From NCBI RefSeq assembly GCF_018977255.1, contig NW_024704742.1, positions 95,916,001-95,980,000 on the forward strand: DNA of 64,000 bases, given 5' to 3'. Within the stretch, counting starts at the first letter, position 1. Every line of letters starts with the position of its first letter. The translations under genes were made by a program, and so were the position numbers. The DNA comes from Callorhinchus milii. Lineage: Eukaryota. Shown one piece after another: positions 1 through 13,393 of the stretch. The notes beneath the pieces are model-generated. The model saw only the letters and a program-made list of their open reading frames with translations, was not told the DNA's origin and did not search any database.

Positions 1-1603
1 TGAATTCTCTCATCTACTTAACTTTCACAAGCATGAAATAATGTAAGCGGGCTAAACCATGATGAACCCGACAGACCTCCATTGACCCTATTCGCCAATG
101 TCATGAAAACAATAGGGTGTGGGTTAGGGAATTCATCGCTGATTTCCAATCAGCAATAAGTGAGGAGATGATGGCAAATAAAAACGGTGAAATTTAATAA
201 ATGGATGTACAAAGGGACAACATCTGTACTGTTAGTTTCTCTCTACCAACAGGATTATCAGCAGTCAGAGAAGTGTCATTTTGTATCAAATTTGAAAGGA
301 CATTTTCTGCAGGGAAAATATTCATTTGTGGGATAAAATTCCACCTGGATCTAGATCTACTCTATTGATGCAGTATTTCAAAGCGTACAAACATGTATCA
401 AGTTCTTAAATATGGTATTGAATTTTGAAGCCGTTTTCTGTAAGCTCTTTTAAGATTTACAGAAAACAGGCCTCAAACTTAAAGCTGAATTCAAATATTT
501 GCCCACTGAAATGTTACATTAATAGAGTAAACAATAACAGTAAATCCTTACATTTTATATAGCGACTTTCATGTCGGGAGGACATCTCAATTCACAGGAT
601 TTACTGTAGAGTGACTGTATTTTGTGGGTGAATACGCAAATCTACTCCTAGGCTGTTCCCAAATCTTATTTTCTTCTATTTTTATAAAGTAGGAACACAG
701 AACAACATCTGATTTGTGATATATGCAAACCAAACTGTGCCTTCCAATTTAAGAAATTTGCAGCAAAATTTGCAGACAGCTCATTGTGAATTGCAAGTTG
801 TGACAAAATCTGGAAATCAAAGTACCGGTGAGCAAAATGCCGACAGGAAACTTGGGGGGTGGGGGACACCGACAGAATTTCCGGAATGTCGCAAACTGAA
901 AGTTACATATAACAGCCAATCCGGATTTGTGAATCACATAAATAGGCCTCAACAATGGGAATCATGTCAAATCATAAGAATTGTGCAAGTCACAAGAATG
1001 ATAGATAGCTTGTGTCTCTCTTTTCCCTATAAAGCAACAGCAGAAACAATTTGAGAAATGCTTTATCGTGAAAGAATTCCCCTTTTAAAGTATGTTATTA
1101 GATTAATTAAAATTACTATGATTCTTCTTCTTTGAATGTTTTCTCCCCAAAGTAAGCCAGCAATTGAAATCATGATCAAACATGGTAACATTTTCATTGC
1201 TACTAGCCTTTTCTTTAATTTTCGCTGAAAAAATAGATCAAAATCTTGTAAAGTGACTTTGTTATGATGAATGATATGTTTTTACAGGATGTTTTATTTT
1301 TACATGTGTTCGTTTCACCATAAAATCTTCTATAGGCCAAGAACAACAGTGATGATTTATCTTTCTCATTATGCCTCCGAATAGATATGTAATGAGTCCG
1401 ATGGCTGTGAAATACTGGATGCCTGAGATGCCCAAATCAGTCATTTTCACTTAACTCAGATAACAACCATAAAGGGAATATTTTATGTGATTTATTCAAA
1501 AAACAGTCTCTTCATTACTGCTGTGCTATACATTTTGCACACAGCTTGCATTAGAATGGAGGTGAGTATTGTATGTTACTGATGAAGAAGTACTGGTAGC
1601 AAG

Positions 1604-2263
1604 ATAATAATAATTCTTGCATTTGATATAGCACCTTATCACATCATCGAAATGTCTCAAAGTGCATCACAGGATTTTACTGTAAAATGCATTTGTAACC
1701 AATACGACAGCCAATTCGCTCACAGCAATGCAGTGCATGACTAAGTTTACCTTAGTCCTGTAGCTTAGTGGTTAGAGCACTCGCCTTGCAAGCGAGATAC
1801 TTGGGTTCAATTCCGGGCAGGGCGAAACCTTGGGCACGTTTCCTTACTCCACACGCCTAATAGTAATCCTTCCAAAACAAAACAATAATAAATTGGTCAT
1901 TTTCAATCCACGACTGTTTGTGGGACACTGCTGTGCGCAATTGGCTGCTGCGTTTTGCCCACAAATAAACAGTCAATTCACTTTACAGTATATTCTGTGA
2001 AGCGCTTTGAGACGTTGAGAAGACGTGAAAAGCGCTATATCAAAAGCAAGGATTATTATTATTGGAGAATATTGACAGGACACCACTCCCTTCTGTTTTT
2101 AATAGGACTATGGGATCTTTAACATGTAGTTAACAGGTAGATGGGATTTCAGTTCAATATCCTTTCCAAAGGACAGCACCTCTGACAATGCAGCAATACT
2201 GAGTACTGAGTCAACCTTCTGATTCAAAGGTAAGAGTGCTAACAAGCGAGTCAGTCTGACACC
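1604..2263 (-). mobile_element. Older DeuSINE-like element split by the young SINE (pieces 1604-1753 and 2064-2263)
   Basis: The tail (taataattcttgcatttgatatagcacc) lies left of the insert. The central tgggatctttaacat..ggacagcacctctgacaatgcagca and the tRNA-like head lie right of it. Confidence 0.75.
1754..2063 (+). mobile_element. Young tRNA-Ala(TGC)-headed SINE, full length, (ATT)n tail
   Basis: Pol III A box tagcttagtgg and B box ggttcaattcc, anticodon arm CTCGC-CTTGCAA-GCGAG. Highly similar to the copies at 5158, 36659 and 40952. Confidence 0.92.
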
Positions 2264-5157
2264 TAAATGTTAGAAATCGTAGAATCAGGGACTCCCAGTA
2301 CTATAATTCCCTGGAATAAAACATTAGGAAAAGTGGGAACATTAAATGGAAAATCACCTCATTGGATTTGTGCACATCCCTGGAGTTCAATTAACAAAAT
2401 AGTATAGCCAGAGACCTGGGAAAAGGACAGATGATATTCTTGAGCAGGCAAAGAATATATATTTTTAATTTAAATTTGAATAAATATTGGTATCCATTTA
2501 TCCATGTGCAGAAGTCACAACATTGCTCTAAAATTAATAGAATGACCTATGGGTGGTTATTTTTATCTATTCACTCGACCAATGCATTTGTTGATGTGGC
2601 TCTGGGCTATTCTGCTCCTTTTGTGAAGTTTAGCAAATTTGTTACCACATGCAGTGTATATAAATAACTATAATGCAATGTCATATGCGTAATTTGCATT
2701 TACATTTATAATACAATTTTATTTATAACTGTATTATAGTTTTGCATTACAACACATTTACTAAACTTTGCAAGTATGGCAACTGATGTGTCTTTCTAAT
2801 GTGAGCATTTCTGTTAGGCTCTCTCCAATGTAACTAGGATATAATTAATTTGACCTACTTACTGAGAGTCAGAACAATCATATTTAAATGGATTGGCTGG
2901 AGCAACTGTTAATAGAAAGCCTGTGTTTAACTTAATCCTCTTGAGTAAGCTTGTCTGCCCCAGAATTATCAATGTTGTGGTGTCAATCGAAGTTACTGCT
3001 GGTTCCTGGCAAGCTGAGGTAATGTAAAATTTTCTCTTAGATAATAAGTCTTTGTCTCTAGTATAGGCAGTGGGCAACAGACAAACTGATGAATGGCTGT
3101 CAGGGTATCGCACAATGGAAACACTGTGGCTAGGATTTTGTTTTGTGCAGTCAATAAGGATTTATCGCCCACTGAAAGCAGTTACCACCCACCTGCCTTT
3201 GCCCTTAGAATGGTAAGCCAGTTTGATTCAAATATCTAAAATTTTCAATTGCAATGTTCAAGAATGTCTCAAATGGTGAATGCTGCCCACTTAAAAAACA
3301 GTAGCAGAGCAGACTGACCCAGCACAAAAATACAGGGTGAAGGAAGGAATATTTCTTTGCAACCTGCCTCTGGCTGCCATGAAAGCAGATGGTCAGCCCA
3401 TTCCAAGTGGGGAAATGGGGAAACCACACCAGCTGTTCCACCACAGAAAAGAATGCTGCCATTAAAGACAACATAAGTAACCAGGTGAGAGTGTTTTTTT
3501 TCTTAAAACCATTCATTTATCATCAATTATAATTTTAATGGATAAATCAGGTACTAATTCTATCCACCCATTCCAGTTAACTGATCTCACCCACATGAAT
3601 TGATGAAGCATTGCTTTATTCCTCAGTTGGGCATGTAGTAAAAAATGGGTTCACCAAGTGGTGAAGAGCATTATGGTATTGTATCATTAAGTACAAAATC
3701 CAGGCCACAAAATCCAGTACCGTGCTCTAACTTGTGGTAATTTGTAGCACGACATACAGTATTAATATAACTCTGAGTCCCAAAGAGGAAATCCCAGCAG
3801 TAAGTTAAACTGCTTGATGCCAATCTGTGGAGACTCCACAATCTAATTCTGGAAGTGATGGTACAGGATTAATAGAATCCTATGGGTCCTGTGGGTCAGA
3901 GTGACAGACTTCCGTTTAGCAGCAAGATCTCCTACATCTGAATTGGAGTCTATAATAATGACTCATGTTATGGATATCAGCAACTTGGATCCTATTATCA
4001 AGATAGCTGTAAATGCCTGGCATTGAACCAGGATTATGTCTGACTTACAGAGCTCTGGTGAATTTAGGATATACAGTTTCTAAGTAAAATATCAATTGAT
4101 TTCTTCCTTTAATTGTACCTCAAGTTTTTTCTCTTCCTCTCTTAAGGGAACTGACTCTTTTTGGGAATAAGTAACCCCTATTACATTCCCCAAACTACTA
4201 TCCTTAAATTTGAATGCAGACTGCCAACAAACCAAGTTAACATAAAGAGCACCACAGCCGAGTCCAATCCTGTTAATGTCCATACATATGGGCTTTCCAA
4301 CAGATGTGATTAGATGTTGATCAGAAGGTGGAATCCTACAGATCATTCCATTCTTTGCATTAATAAGACATGAGGAAAACAAACTTCACAAAGAAACACC
4401 TTTGGATAGAGGTCAAAATGCTCGACTTACAAATAGAATTGCTTGTATTGTTTAGATATTCGCAGGATATATAAATTCAACCACTGAGTGAATGGAAACC
4501 ATAAGACTGATGAGAAAAGCTGTTGCAAAATGATAGGAAAAATAACAGGAGAATAAGTATATGACAAAGTCATTTGACATATGTTGTGGGAACCATTTCG
4601 GCCAAAGGCTTACATCAGGTTTTGAAGAAAAGTCTAAAATTGGTCATGAATACTTTCTTCCCTTCCGAGAATCGGTTTTCAGTTTCATCATTTGCTGAAC
4701 TGGAAGGAAGGAAAGAAGGAAGGAAGGAATTAAATGTAAGTCTTGCAAAGGGATCTAGAAAACAAGAATTTGAGCAGGCATTGAAAATTAGAAGGTTTAA
4801 GTAAATCCTCTTTGGAAAGGACACAAGGAAGGAAAGGGCGAAATGTTCTTGAAAGTGTTGCATCTGCAACAACCTATCAATCTGGAATGACTTCCTGCAG
4901 AACAAGGAGAGACACAATTGCACAATATCATTGGAACTCAACATATTATGGGCATGAATCAATAACCAACAATTTTGTCACAGCTTATCCAAACATCTTT
5001 TCTTATCACCCTCTGCTCATGATGAAGCAAAAACCAAGGAGACAATGAAACCACAAAGGGCACGGGGAATAGGAAAATAAAATACATTATTTTAAAAAAC
5101 TCTGAACTGAAAGTCTGGAAGCTGACTGAAAACAATTTTTAAAGCAAAAGAACAACA

Positions 5158-5454
5158 ATAATAATAATCCTTGCATTTGATATAGTGCTTTTTGACATCT
5201 CAAAGCGCTTCACAGAATATGCTGTAAAGTGAATTGACTGTATATTTGTGGGCAAACGCGGCAGCCAATTGCGCATAGCAGCGTCCCACAAACAGTCGTG
5301 GATAGAAAATGACCAATTTATTATTGTTTTTTGGATGGATTATTATCAGGCGTGTGGAGTAACAAAACTTGCCCAAGGTTTCGCCCTGCCTGGAATTGAA
5401 CTCAGCTGTCTCGCTTGCAAGGCGAGTGCTCTAACCACTGAGCTACAGGACTCC
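5158..5454 (-). mobile_element. Young tRNA-Ala(TGC)-headed SINE, full length
   Basis: Reverse complement reads ggagtcctgtagctcagtggttagagcactcgccttgcaagcgag...tgcaaggattattatt. Confidence 0.92.
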
Positions 5455-6385
5455 ACTAGCAATAAATGCAATAATAATCCTTGCATTTGATATAGCGCCT
5501 TATCATGACTTCAAGACGTCTCAATCTGCTTCACAAAATATATTGGAAAGTAAATTGACTGTGTATTTTGTGGCTGAAATTATTTGAGGTCAAGAGACTC
5601 GGATATCTTCCTTCAAATACTACAGGGACAAATGCGGCAAAGAGGGAACTACTGGCTTGACGTTCCATCTGTGGCTGAACAGAAACAACTAAACCTACCA
5701 GCTAATTTGTGTACATGGAGAACAGGAATAAACAAATATACCAAGAAAGAATAGAAATGTTTGCTTAAAAGATCTGGTGCCTAATGATCACTTGCACCCA
5801 GAAGACTTGAGTTGAACAATGCACACTGTGGCAGGATACAGTACAACATGTTTTTTTAGACCAGAAGAGTAAAGGGTTGTAAGAACTGGAAACAAACTTG
5901 ACTGGGTGCTATAATGGAAAAAGGTACCGTGGTTCTAATGCCCCAGCAGCTGTGTGAAGGGCTATAAGAGGTCCTCCCGATGTGAAAGGCACTACATAAA
6001 TGTAAATTGTTTTTGTTGTTGTAGTTCTAGGTATTATGGAAAGATGTGAACAAATGTGTACTGAATGGACCTTGGTCTTTTTTTTCTAGTGTTTCCTACA
6101 TTCCTATGACTCTCCTTCCTCCATCTCCCCAACAAATTTGCCCATCTTCCATCTCCTTAAGAAAATCCCAAGGATAAATGATATCCCTAGCACTTTGTTT
6201 AGAGCTCGGGCAATGCCCACATACCTAGTTTATAATATTATTTATTATATATTATTTATAATATTTATTATACCTTGTTTAAACTGCTGACACGGCAATG
6301 TCCATTGATTGGACTTCCAGGTCACAGATCACCACTATTAACTGCCAATGGGATATTGGCTTTACTAAAACACAAACATGTGGAG

Positions 6386-6745
6386 GTAAGCAGGGTCTCC
6401 TTGGTCACCTGAACTGGCAAAAGGTGACATGTTTGACAGCAGGATGTCGGAAGAGCGCCAGCCTTCTATGTCAGTCTCAGTAGTCTGGTTTCTGAGCCAG
6501 GTGTGTCTGCAGTATTCCGGGGCACTGTTGATGACAGTTCAGCCAGCCTGGCTTATCGGCAAAACTTGGAAGAGCAGATCAGTCACTGGGGAATCCTCCT
6601 ACTCAGCTCCTGTTAACACTGCAAGCCAAAGCCCTAAAGGGAAGGGTGGCCCTAGCTGGACAGGCAGCGGAAAAGCTTGCCAGACAGCAATATCAATGGT
6701 GAGCTATGTGGTCTTAGTTGATTAAACTCCAGCACTACCACAGTC
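6386..6745 (+). repeat. Unclassified interspersed repeat, copy 1
   Basis: Colinear shared blocks with 31961-32320, including the exact 17-mer gcaagccaaagccctaa. Confidence 0.75.
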
Positions 6746-8284
6746 ACAGAAAAATACTCAGTCAATCCATTTTACAATATATTCTGTGAAGCATTTTGAG
6801 ACGATTCAATGACATGATAAGGCGCTATATCAAATGCAAGGATTATTATATAGTTATATAAGGGATTATATTGTTATATATATATATGTTATGGAAGGGA
6901 TGAAGAAAACTCAATGCATTGAAGAAGGCATTCATACCAAAGGTCTACAAAGCAAAAGCAAAAATGTGGCTATGCCGTTTGAAAATAAATTGCTTCCTCC
7001 AGCTAAAAGAAAAGTGTTCACACTCTTCAGCCTCAGGAATGAGAGAAGAGCATATTTCCTCAGCCTCTGGATTCGGGCATGTTATTATTTTACATTACGC
7101 ATCACATCACTTCACTTAGTATTTAAGAACCAGATGTTTTGTAGACTGTTATGACACCGATGCCAAAAACACATTGGGGAGCATATTAAAACAAATATAT
7201 AATGTTCCTTTTCCACTTTGATCTGCATTCCATAAAGTTTTGTAAACAAATATATAGCTCAATCCCTTACGCAGTCACTTTAAAAGAAAAATAGAATCCC
7301 TGACGATCTTTTTGTTAAAGCTCTGAAAGATGGAATAGATATGGGAATGATGGAAATTTAGGGTGAATTTCAGAATGGTGTGATTTAAGGATGGGTTTTA
7401 ATATTGAATATTTATAATATTGAAAATAATGAGGTGAAAAGATGATTGATTTATTACGAATCCATTTCAGTTTTGCTTTTATCCCCTTTGTTGTGCAATG
7501 ATATTTTGCTCAGCTCTGTGCAACTTAGCTACAGGCACCTTTTTTAAGATAGGATGATTCATTTAATGACACATTATATTCTTACGGTATTCAAATGATT
7601 CAATGTTCAGTACCTTGCAATTGTATCATGATTGCATGGAAGTTTGATTGTGCAATGATGAAGTTCAATTGTTGCATCTGTTCATCTTTGTGCAACATTC
7701 ATTTTTGGAATAAAAACTACTGTATGTTTTGTTAAAAAAAACAGGCGATGTGTAGTTCAAAATGGGAGACTTCATTAATCGTACTCTCATTTCTATACAC
7801 ATCCCAAACACAGTCATTCCTCAAACAAAGACACTATTGTTGTACGTGAAGAGAGATTCGACATGAGGGGGAAGAGAAGGGGATGGAGATCATTGGCTTT
7901 GTGCAGATCCATTCAAGATCTTACAGGTGTAACATAGCTGACACAATGGAAAGGTGTTACTTCACTTATAAGGATCTGCCACAGTGCCACATCTCAAGAG
8001 CAATCAAAGGCAAGGTTAACCTTTCATTTTAACCTTTCATTTTTACTAAGCAAAAGTATGGGTATAGTTTATTTAATTATTTTTATTAAGGAATATAGGA
8101 ATGCCCCCCAAAAAAACAGATTCATTTTTATTTAAAAATCATGCTACTCTATCTCTTATATGTCAATTCAATTATTTGCCAAATAATAATCTGTATATTT
8201 GATACAACACCTCGAGTGTTGAAAAGTGTTTTACAGGTAATTGCTGTCAAGTTTAATGACTGTGTATTTAGGCAGACACTGAAG

Positions 8285-8420
8285 CCACTTATCACACAGC
8301 AATGTCTCACAAATAGCTCTTTTCTTTTCAAATAGTGTCATGGGATCTTTAACATCCATCTGAACAGGCTGTCAGGACCTTGGTTTAACACCTTACTGAA
8401 GGAACTGCAGCTTTGCCTCT
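8285..8420 (-). mobile_element. Old DeuSINE-like fragment
   Basis: aatagtgtcatgggatctttaacatccatctgaacag...ggtttaaca matches 13316-13375. Confidence 0.7.
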
Positions 8421-8947
8421 TCTGCTCAGACTCAGTGCTTCAACAAATGGCAAGGCCCTAAATGCTCCCTTCCCCCTCATTTTCCTGGCTCAATCACACC
8501 CAGCAAGGAAACGTGGATTCTTCCATCAGGAAAGGTGCACTCCTCCAATGCAATAGGAGGCACTCTTATGGGCGATTGGTAAATCACCACCTCCTTTGTC
8601 TGCTTCCCTTCCCCACCCCACCCCCACCTGAGATCTCAGTCTAACTGGCAGACTTACGCTAATGTGCTGCCCCCCCACCAACTGACTCCACTGTACTTCC
8701 AGCAGGAGCATCCTCTCCATGATCCCCATCAATGCATTTTGAACGCAAAAAGTGATACAAAATAGTTGATATGTTATTTTCAGCACTTCCAAACCTTAAC
8801 GGTTGGTTTAATCAATAATTTCCTACTGTGTTTGTTTGCTGATGTATCACACTTGTGAACTTCAGTGAAAAAATATAACTTGGCTATAGCTGTGTCAAAA
8901 GTAGTTTTAATGGCAAAATGACCATTTAGTGTAGGTGCTAAATAGAC

Positions 8948-9022
8948 AAACAACAACAACAACAACAAGATTCCATTTATAGAGCGCCTTTCACGTCGGG
9001 AGGACGTCCCAAGGCGCTGTAC
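8948..9022 (-). mobile_element. Isolated L2/SINE 3' tail with (GTT)n end; similar short tails at about 545-630, 5470-5580, 5955-6022, 6755-6850, 14560-14655, 38618-38672, 44815-44890, 54413-54472, 57815-57866, 59098-59152
   Basis: agcgcctttcacgtcgggaggacgtcccaaggcgctgt next to (aac)n. The same motif recurs in degenerate form at the other sites. Confidence 0.75.
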
Positions 9023-9334
9023 AGTTGGGTCAGGACCGAGCAAGCTGATAATGGACAAATTGGATATATGACGAGTAGCTTAGGATATGACAGTTTATTT
9101 TCTATGAGTGGGTTGACTTAATAATTCATGTACAGTGGAGACACAAGCGAATTATTGTCAGAGCCAAAAGTGGAACATGGATCCCATCCTATGGATTCTC
9201 ATCATGCATTTTTTGATCATAGCACAATGAAATTGATAAAAGATGTGAATTTTATGTTTCCAAGCATTCTCCTTTTACACTTCCTTTCATAAAATCAGGG
9301 ACACATGTAGTATGTTCTATGCACAAGTGTAGCC

Positions 9335-9683
9335 TCTGGTATTTCATCCAAGTGGCCATGTGTTATCTGTGAGCCTGAACAGTGAGTGCAGGTGGGCTAC
9401 TTGATATGAGTAACCCATCACTCTCAAACTTCATCTCATCTTGGCCCAACATACAATTCACCAGAAGTTACTTCAAAGTTGCCATAGATTGGAAACTTGG
9501 TAATTTTTTCCCTTCTCCACCACAGGGCCACTGAAGACAATGTAATGTACTGCTCCCCAATCTCCCCCCATCAACTACATCTGAGATTGGCTAACTCATC
9601 ACAGACAAAACATTGAATCCTTGCTGATTTGTATGGCTTAGTAATAAATCCTGCAGTCTATTTACACATGGAGCCACCGGAGC
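9335..9683 (-). mobile_element. Ancient interspersed repeat (SINE-like), with related fragments near 4250-4340, 12125-12410, 42135-42160 and 45270-45410
   Basis: Shared degenerate motifs ccaagtgg(c/t)(c/a)(a/t)t, cacagccgagtccaatcctgt and gatcagga..gggaa.ct. A tRNA-like end is present on the minus strand. Confidence 0.45.
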
Positions 9684-12600
9684 AGTGTAAATATTTTAAG
9701 GTGAAACTAAAGAATCAATTAGACAGGATTTTCAGTGATTTTTTTTATTGCCATCCTACTCATCTGTTCTGAGTTGTGATATGATTTCCAAGAAACATAA
9801 AATGTATTGCACAAAGATTATGCCATTCCATGTGATACTACAAAGGACTATTGCATTCCCATCACTTTAAAAGAATTATAGTGATTCAGGAAATATTGGT
9901 TTCAGAGTTCTGAATGTAGTTTTTTAGAAGGAGAATTCCTGATCTCTAATATACCAGTAAAGGGGTTGTACATTAGAGACTAGACATTTCCCCACAGAAA
10001 ACCAATGGGTGAGTCACCAAGCAGCCATTGATACAAACCTGGGATCTGGATTGCCTATCCCTGAGTCAGGGAAAGGATATGGGAGAGGGATAAAAATATG
10101 TACTAATACTAATGTGTAATTTGGGGATATGATGAAAAAAATGTTAATTTTGTTTGAAATTTTTTTGTGAAGTGATAGTGCTTACCACTTCCCATTGAGA
10201 GGGAAAGAGATCAGGGCCCCTGATGGATGGTGTCTGTCCTCAGATTAAAGAGATATGAGGAGGTAGAGGATAATGGTCTCACCCCTCACTTCTTGTCTTG
10301 TTTTGTCCTCACCTCTGTAGTATTTGGTGCTCAATCACATGCAATACTATCATCTACCTTGTCCTTGGGGTGTCTTCATCTGTGTGGTATTTTCGAGTTC
10401 CATTGTACTCAGCCTTCTGCGACCTTGTCCTCTGCCTCCTCTGTCCTCCTCGTCATCCTCTTCACGTGCTGGCTTCCATCTTGAGATTGCCATTTCCTAC
10501 TGGAATCAGGATTCATATACAGTAGACTTGTTCAGATGGAAATTATCACTACATTGCAGTGTTTAACTCAGAGTCAGAGCCACATTCTGAGAATGAGTTC
10601 TGATACACCCTGTTCCAGCCATTTGATGTTGAGCCTGCCAGAGACAAACACTCAAAAAGTAGAATACCACATCATTCTGGCCCCAGCTTTAGCATTTCCA
10701 TAAGTGTCCTGGCACAAAAACAATACACAAACACCATTCCAGACCCATTTACTCTAGTACTATTTGTCCACTGGATTTTCAACCCCACGTAGCATAGAAC
10801 AGTTCATCAAAACAAGACAAGAAATGTTTAAATGAGATTGTGCAAAAAAAATGGTTCTTTGAAAGACAAATCAATGGAAATGAACCAATTTTGCATACAC
10901 ACATAACAATAACAATTCTTGAATTTTATATAGTTGGTTGATATTACTGCATCAAAGCATCTCCAAACATTTTTAAATATGGTTGTTTTTGACCATGCAA
11001 ATAAAAGAATTATGCAATAAAAAACACTTCCTAAAAAAGTATCAATTTTAAAAATGGTTAGTTACAAATTGTAAATACTTTCACAGTCGTCTCCTTTTTA
11101 TCAATAACATAAACAGTAAATTATATTATAATTGTCATGCTGCACATCAATAAACAACTTTTGCTTTATATTTAAAAATTATATGTGATAATTTCATCTC
11201 AGTTGGAAGAGGACAAAATAAAAAATTGTAACAGATGTTAAAGTAAATAAAGATTTCTCATAAACAAAATGTTTATATTAACTTTGGCAAGTTAATTGTA
11301 TATTTCTGTTTAATTTGTTCTGCATCACTCTCTTTATTAATATTTAGATTGCTTTTAAGAAGGAGCAAACAAAGTTAAACATTGTTCACTAAAAGACTAT
11401 TTGCGATGAAATGTCAGATAATACAATATAGCAGGAGGTACTCCAATGTGCTAAGCACAAACTGATTCTAGTTATAGAGAACGTTATATTTTGGAAGTTA
11501 ATTCTGTGCAGAACAGAATAGCCGCTACTGATTTTAAACCAGTCCTAGATTTAAAGGTGACTCCAGAGGACAATCATGTTCACTGAGAATTATAAAAGTT
11601 GCCTCCAGCTTCTCAGATATGTTATTGTGCTGTAGAACTCAATATTCATATCCTTACACCTGTGACAGCGAAAAAATGCAGAGATCAGCAGACTCTCCAG
11701 CAGTTTCTTTCTCTTATAATTGTAATTCAGTTAAACAACTGAACATCTGCATTAGAAATGACCAGATTTCACCTTGAATGCCTTCTCTGTTTACACAGTA
11801 AACATGTAAATTTACACTGCATTGCACACAGTGTCATTGAGGTTTGATACAGAGACTTACTTAATTACGCAATTGAAGTGTTTATAATGTGCGCAAGCTG
11901 GATAAATGGGCAGAACAAAGTCATGTGAATGGCAAATTCCAGTGAAGGAATGTGTCTATTATGAGTTTGCACGTTTATCACATTTTAAATATATTCTCAG
12001 ATGCAATATAAATAAGGTCCCAGCACTGCATCCAGAAGCATTAATAGCTCCTCCAATACATATGTGTGGATGGTATGAATTGCTTTTTGTCTGTCTGTTC
12101 CCTGATCCATCCAGGATTCTCCAGTAATTCACCCAAGTGGTATTCCTTCACATGTGAGCTAACAGTTGGATTTATTTTATACTGATTGCTAACAGTGGGA
12201 TTTATTTTATACAAATTATGATTATTCTACTACATTTTTGTAAGGGGAAAAGGGGTCAGTGTGAGATAGACCACAATGAGTGGCAGCAAACTATGTGACC
12301 CAAAACAGCCAAACCTCATCATCCTGTTCTCCACACTTGAACGCATTCCTGCTGGGTTACTGGATAGAGATCAGGATGTGATTTTAGGCTGTTTTATCTT
12401 TCTAATTCAACATTTGTACTCAAAAGTACTATCAGGAGAAATTATTCATAATATACTTGTTGTGCCAGGAAGACATTTTCCAATCTTCTCCTTGCTTCCT
12501 TTCAACCTGAAAATTATTTGTAAATTCACTATTATTCTCAAACAAACTGCATAACCAGATTCTGGTGGCAAAAAAAACCCCTCTTGTTTTCATTGCTAGT

Positions 12601-13099
12601 TGACTTGACACTTGTTCCATTAATAGTGGCTGCTTATCCTATTTAACAGGTGGTGTTATCTTCGTGTGAAGTTTTCTAGTTAGGCTCAGTCCCCAGGGGG
12701 AACATTTGTACTTCAGTTTGTTGCAATGCCCTGTATATAGTTCTTCCAAGAACCTTTACACTGATAGCTAAAACTCTCAAAATACAGATAGCATCACATA
12801 CTTGATAAAATCATTACATGCATAGTGTTTTCCAATTGTTATGCAAGACATTTTGAACTAAAAAATGTGGTATGCAATGTGAAAATTATCATGTCACATA
12901 CCGTACTTTCCTCCCTTCATTCAGTAGACACCACTCCCTTCAATGACAAAAATAGTTGGAAGTTGAGGAATGTGTCTAAAGAATGATTGCGGAGCCTTTG
13001 TATAGACAATTTATTTGGAATGACAAAGGATTTGTCATTCTCTGAAATACGGCAATATTAATTGCAGAGGAAGGTCCACTGGAGTATAATAAATATTAT

Positions 13100-13393
13100 A
13101 ATAATGCTTGTACTTGATATAGCACCTTATCACGAAGTTGAGATGTCTCAAAGCGCTTCACAGGATATACTGTGAAATGTAATGACTGCATTATTTGTGG
13201 GCGAACACAGCTGCCAATTTGTGTACAGTAATGTCCCACAAACAGCTATGGAGCGACCAATTTTATTTGAGGGATTGTTGGCGAGGACACTGGAAGAAAC
13301 TCCCTTCTCTTTTTGAATAGTGCCACGGGATCTTTAACGTCCATCTGAACAACCAGGCAAGACATCGGTTTAATGTCTCATCCGAAGGACGAG
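13100..13393 (-). mobile_element. Old DeuSINE-like element, 5'-truncated
   Basis: Tail, then gtcccacaaacagc, aggacactggaagaaactccc and tagtgccacgggatctttaacgtccatctgaac. Confidence 0.8.

Noticed and set aside
1754..1826. Apparent tRNA-Ala(TGC) genes (also at 5381, 36659 and 40952)
   Set aside because: Each continues into an identical SINE body with an (ATT)n tail and has no Pol III T-run terminator after the cloverleaf, so these are SINE heads.
10330..10480. Minus-strand acidic stretch (EEDDEEDRGGRGQGRRRL) as an exon or Harbinger remnant
   Set aside because: Short and low complexity, with no diagnostic motif or splice context.
12158..12212. 25-bp direct repeat with 30-bp period (also the 39-bp and 21-bp pairs at 27727 and 33907) as CRISPR-like arrays
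   Set aside because: Only two units, no unique spacers, inside decayed vertebrate repeats. These are ordinary tandem duplications.
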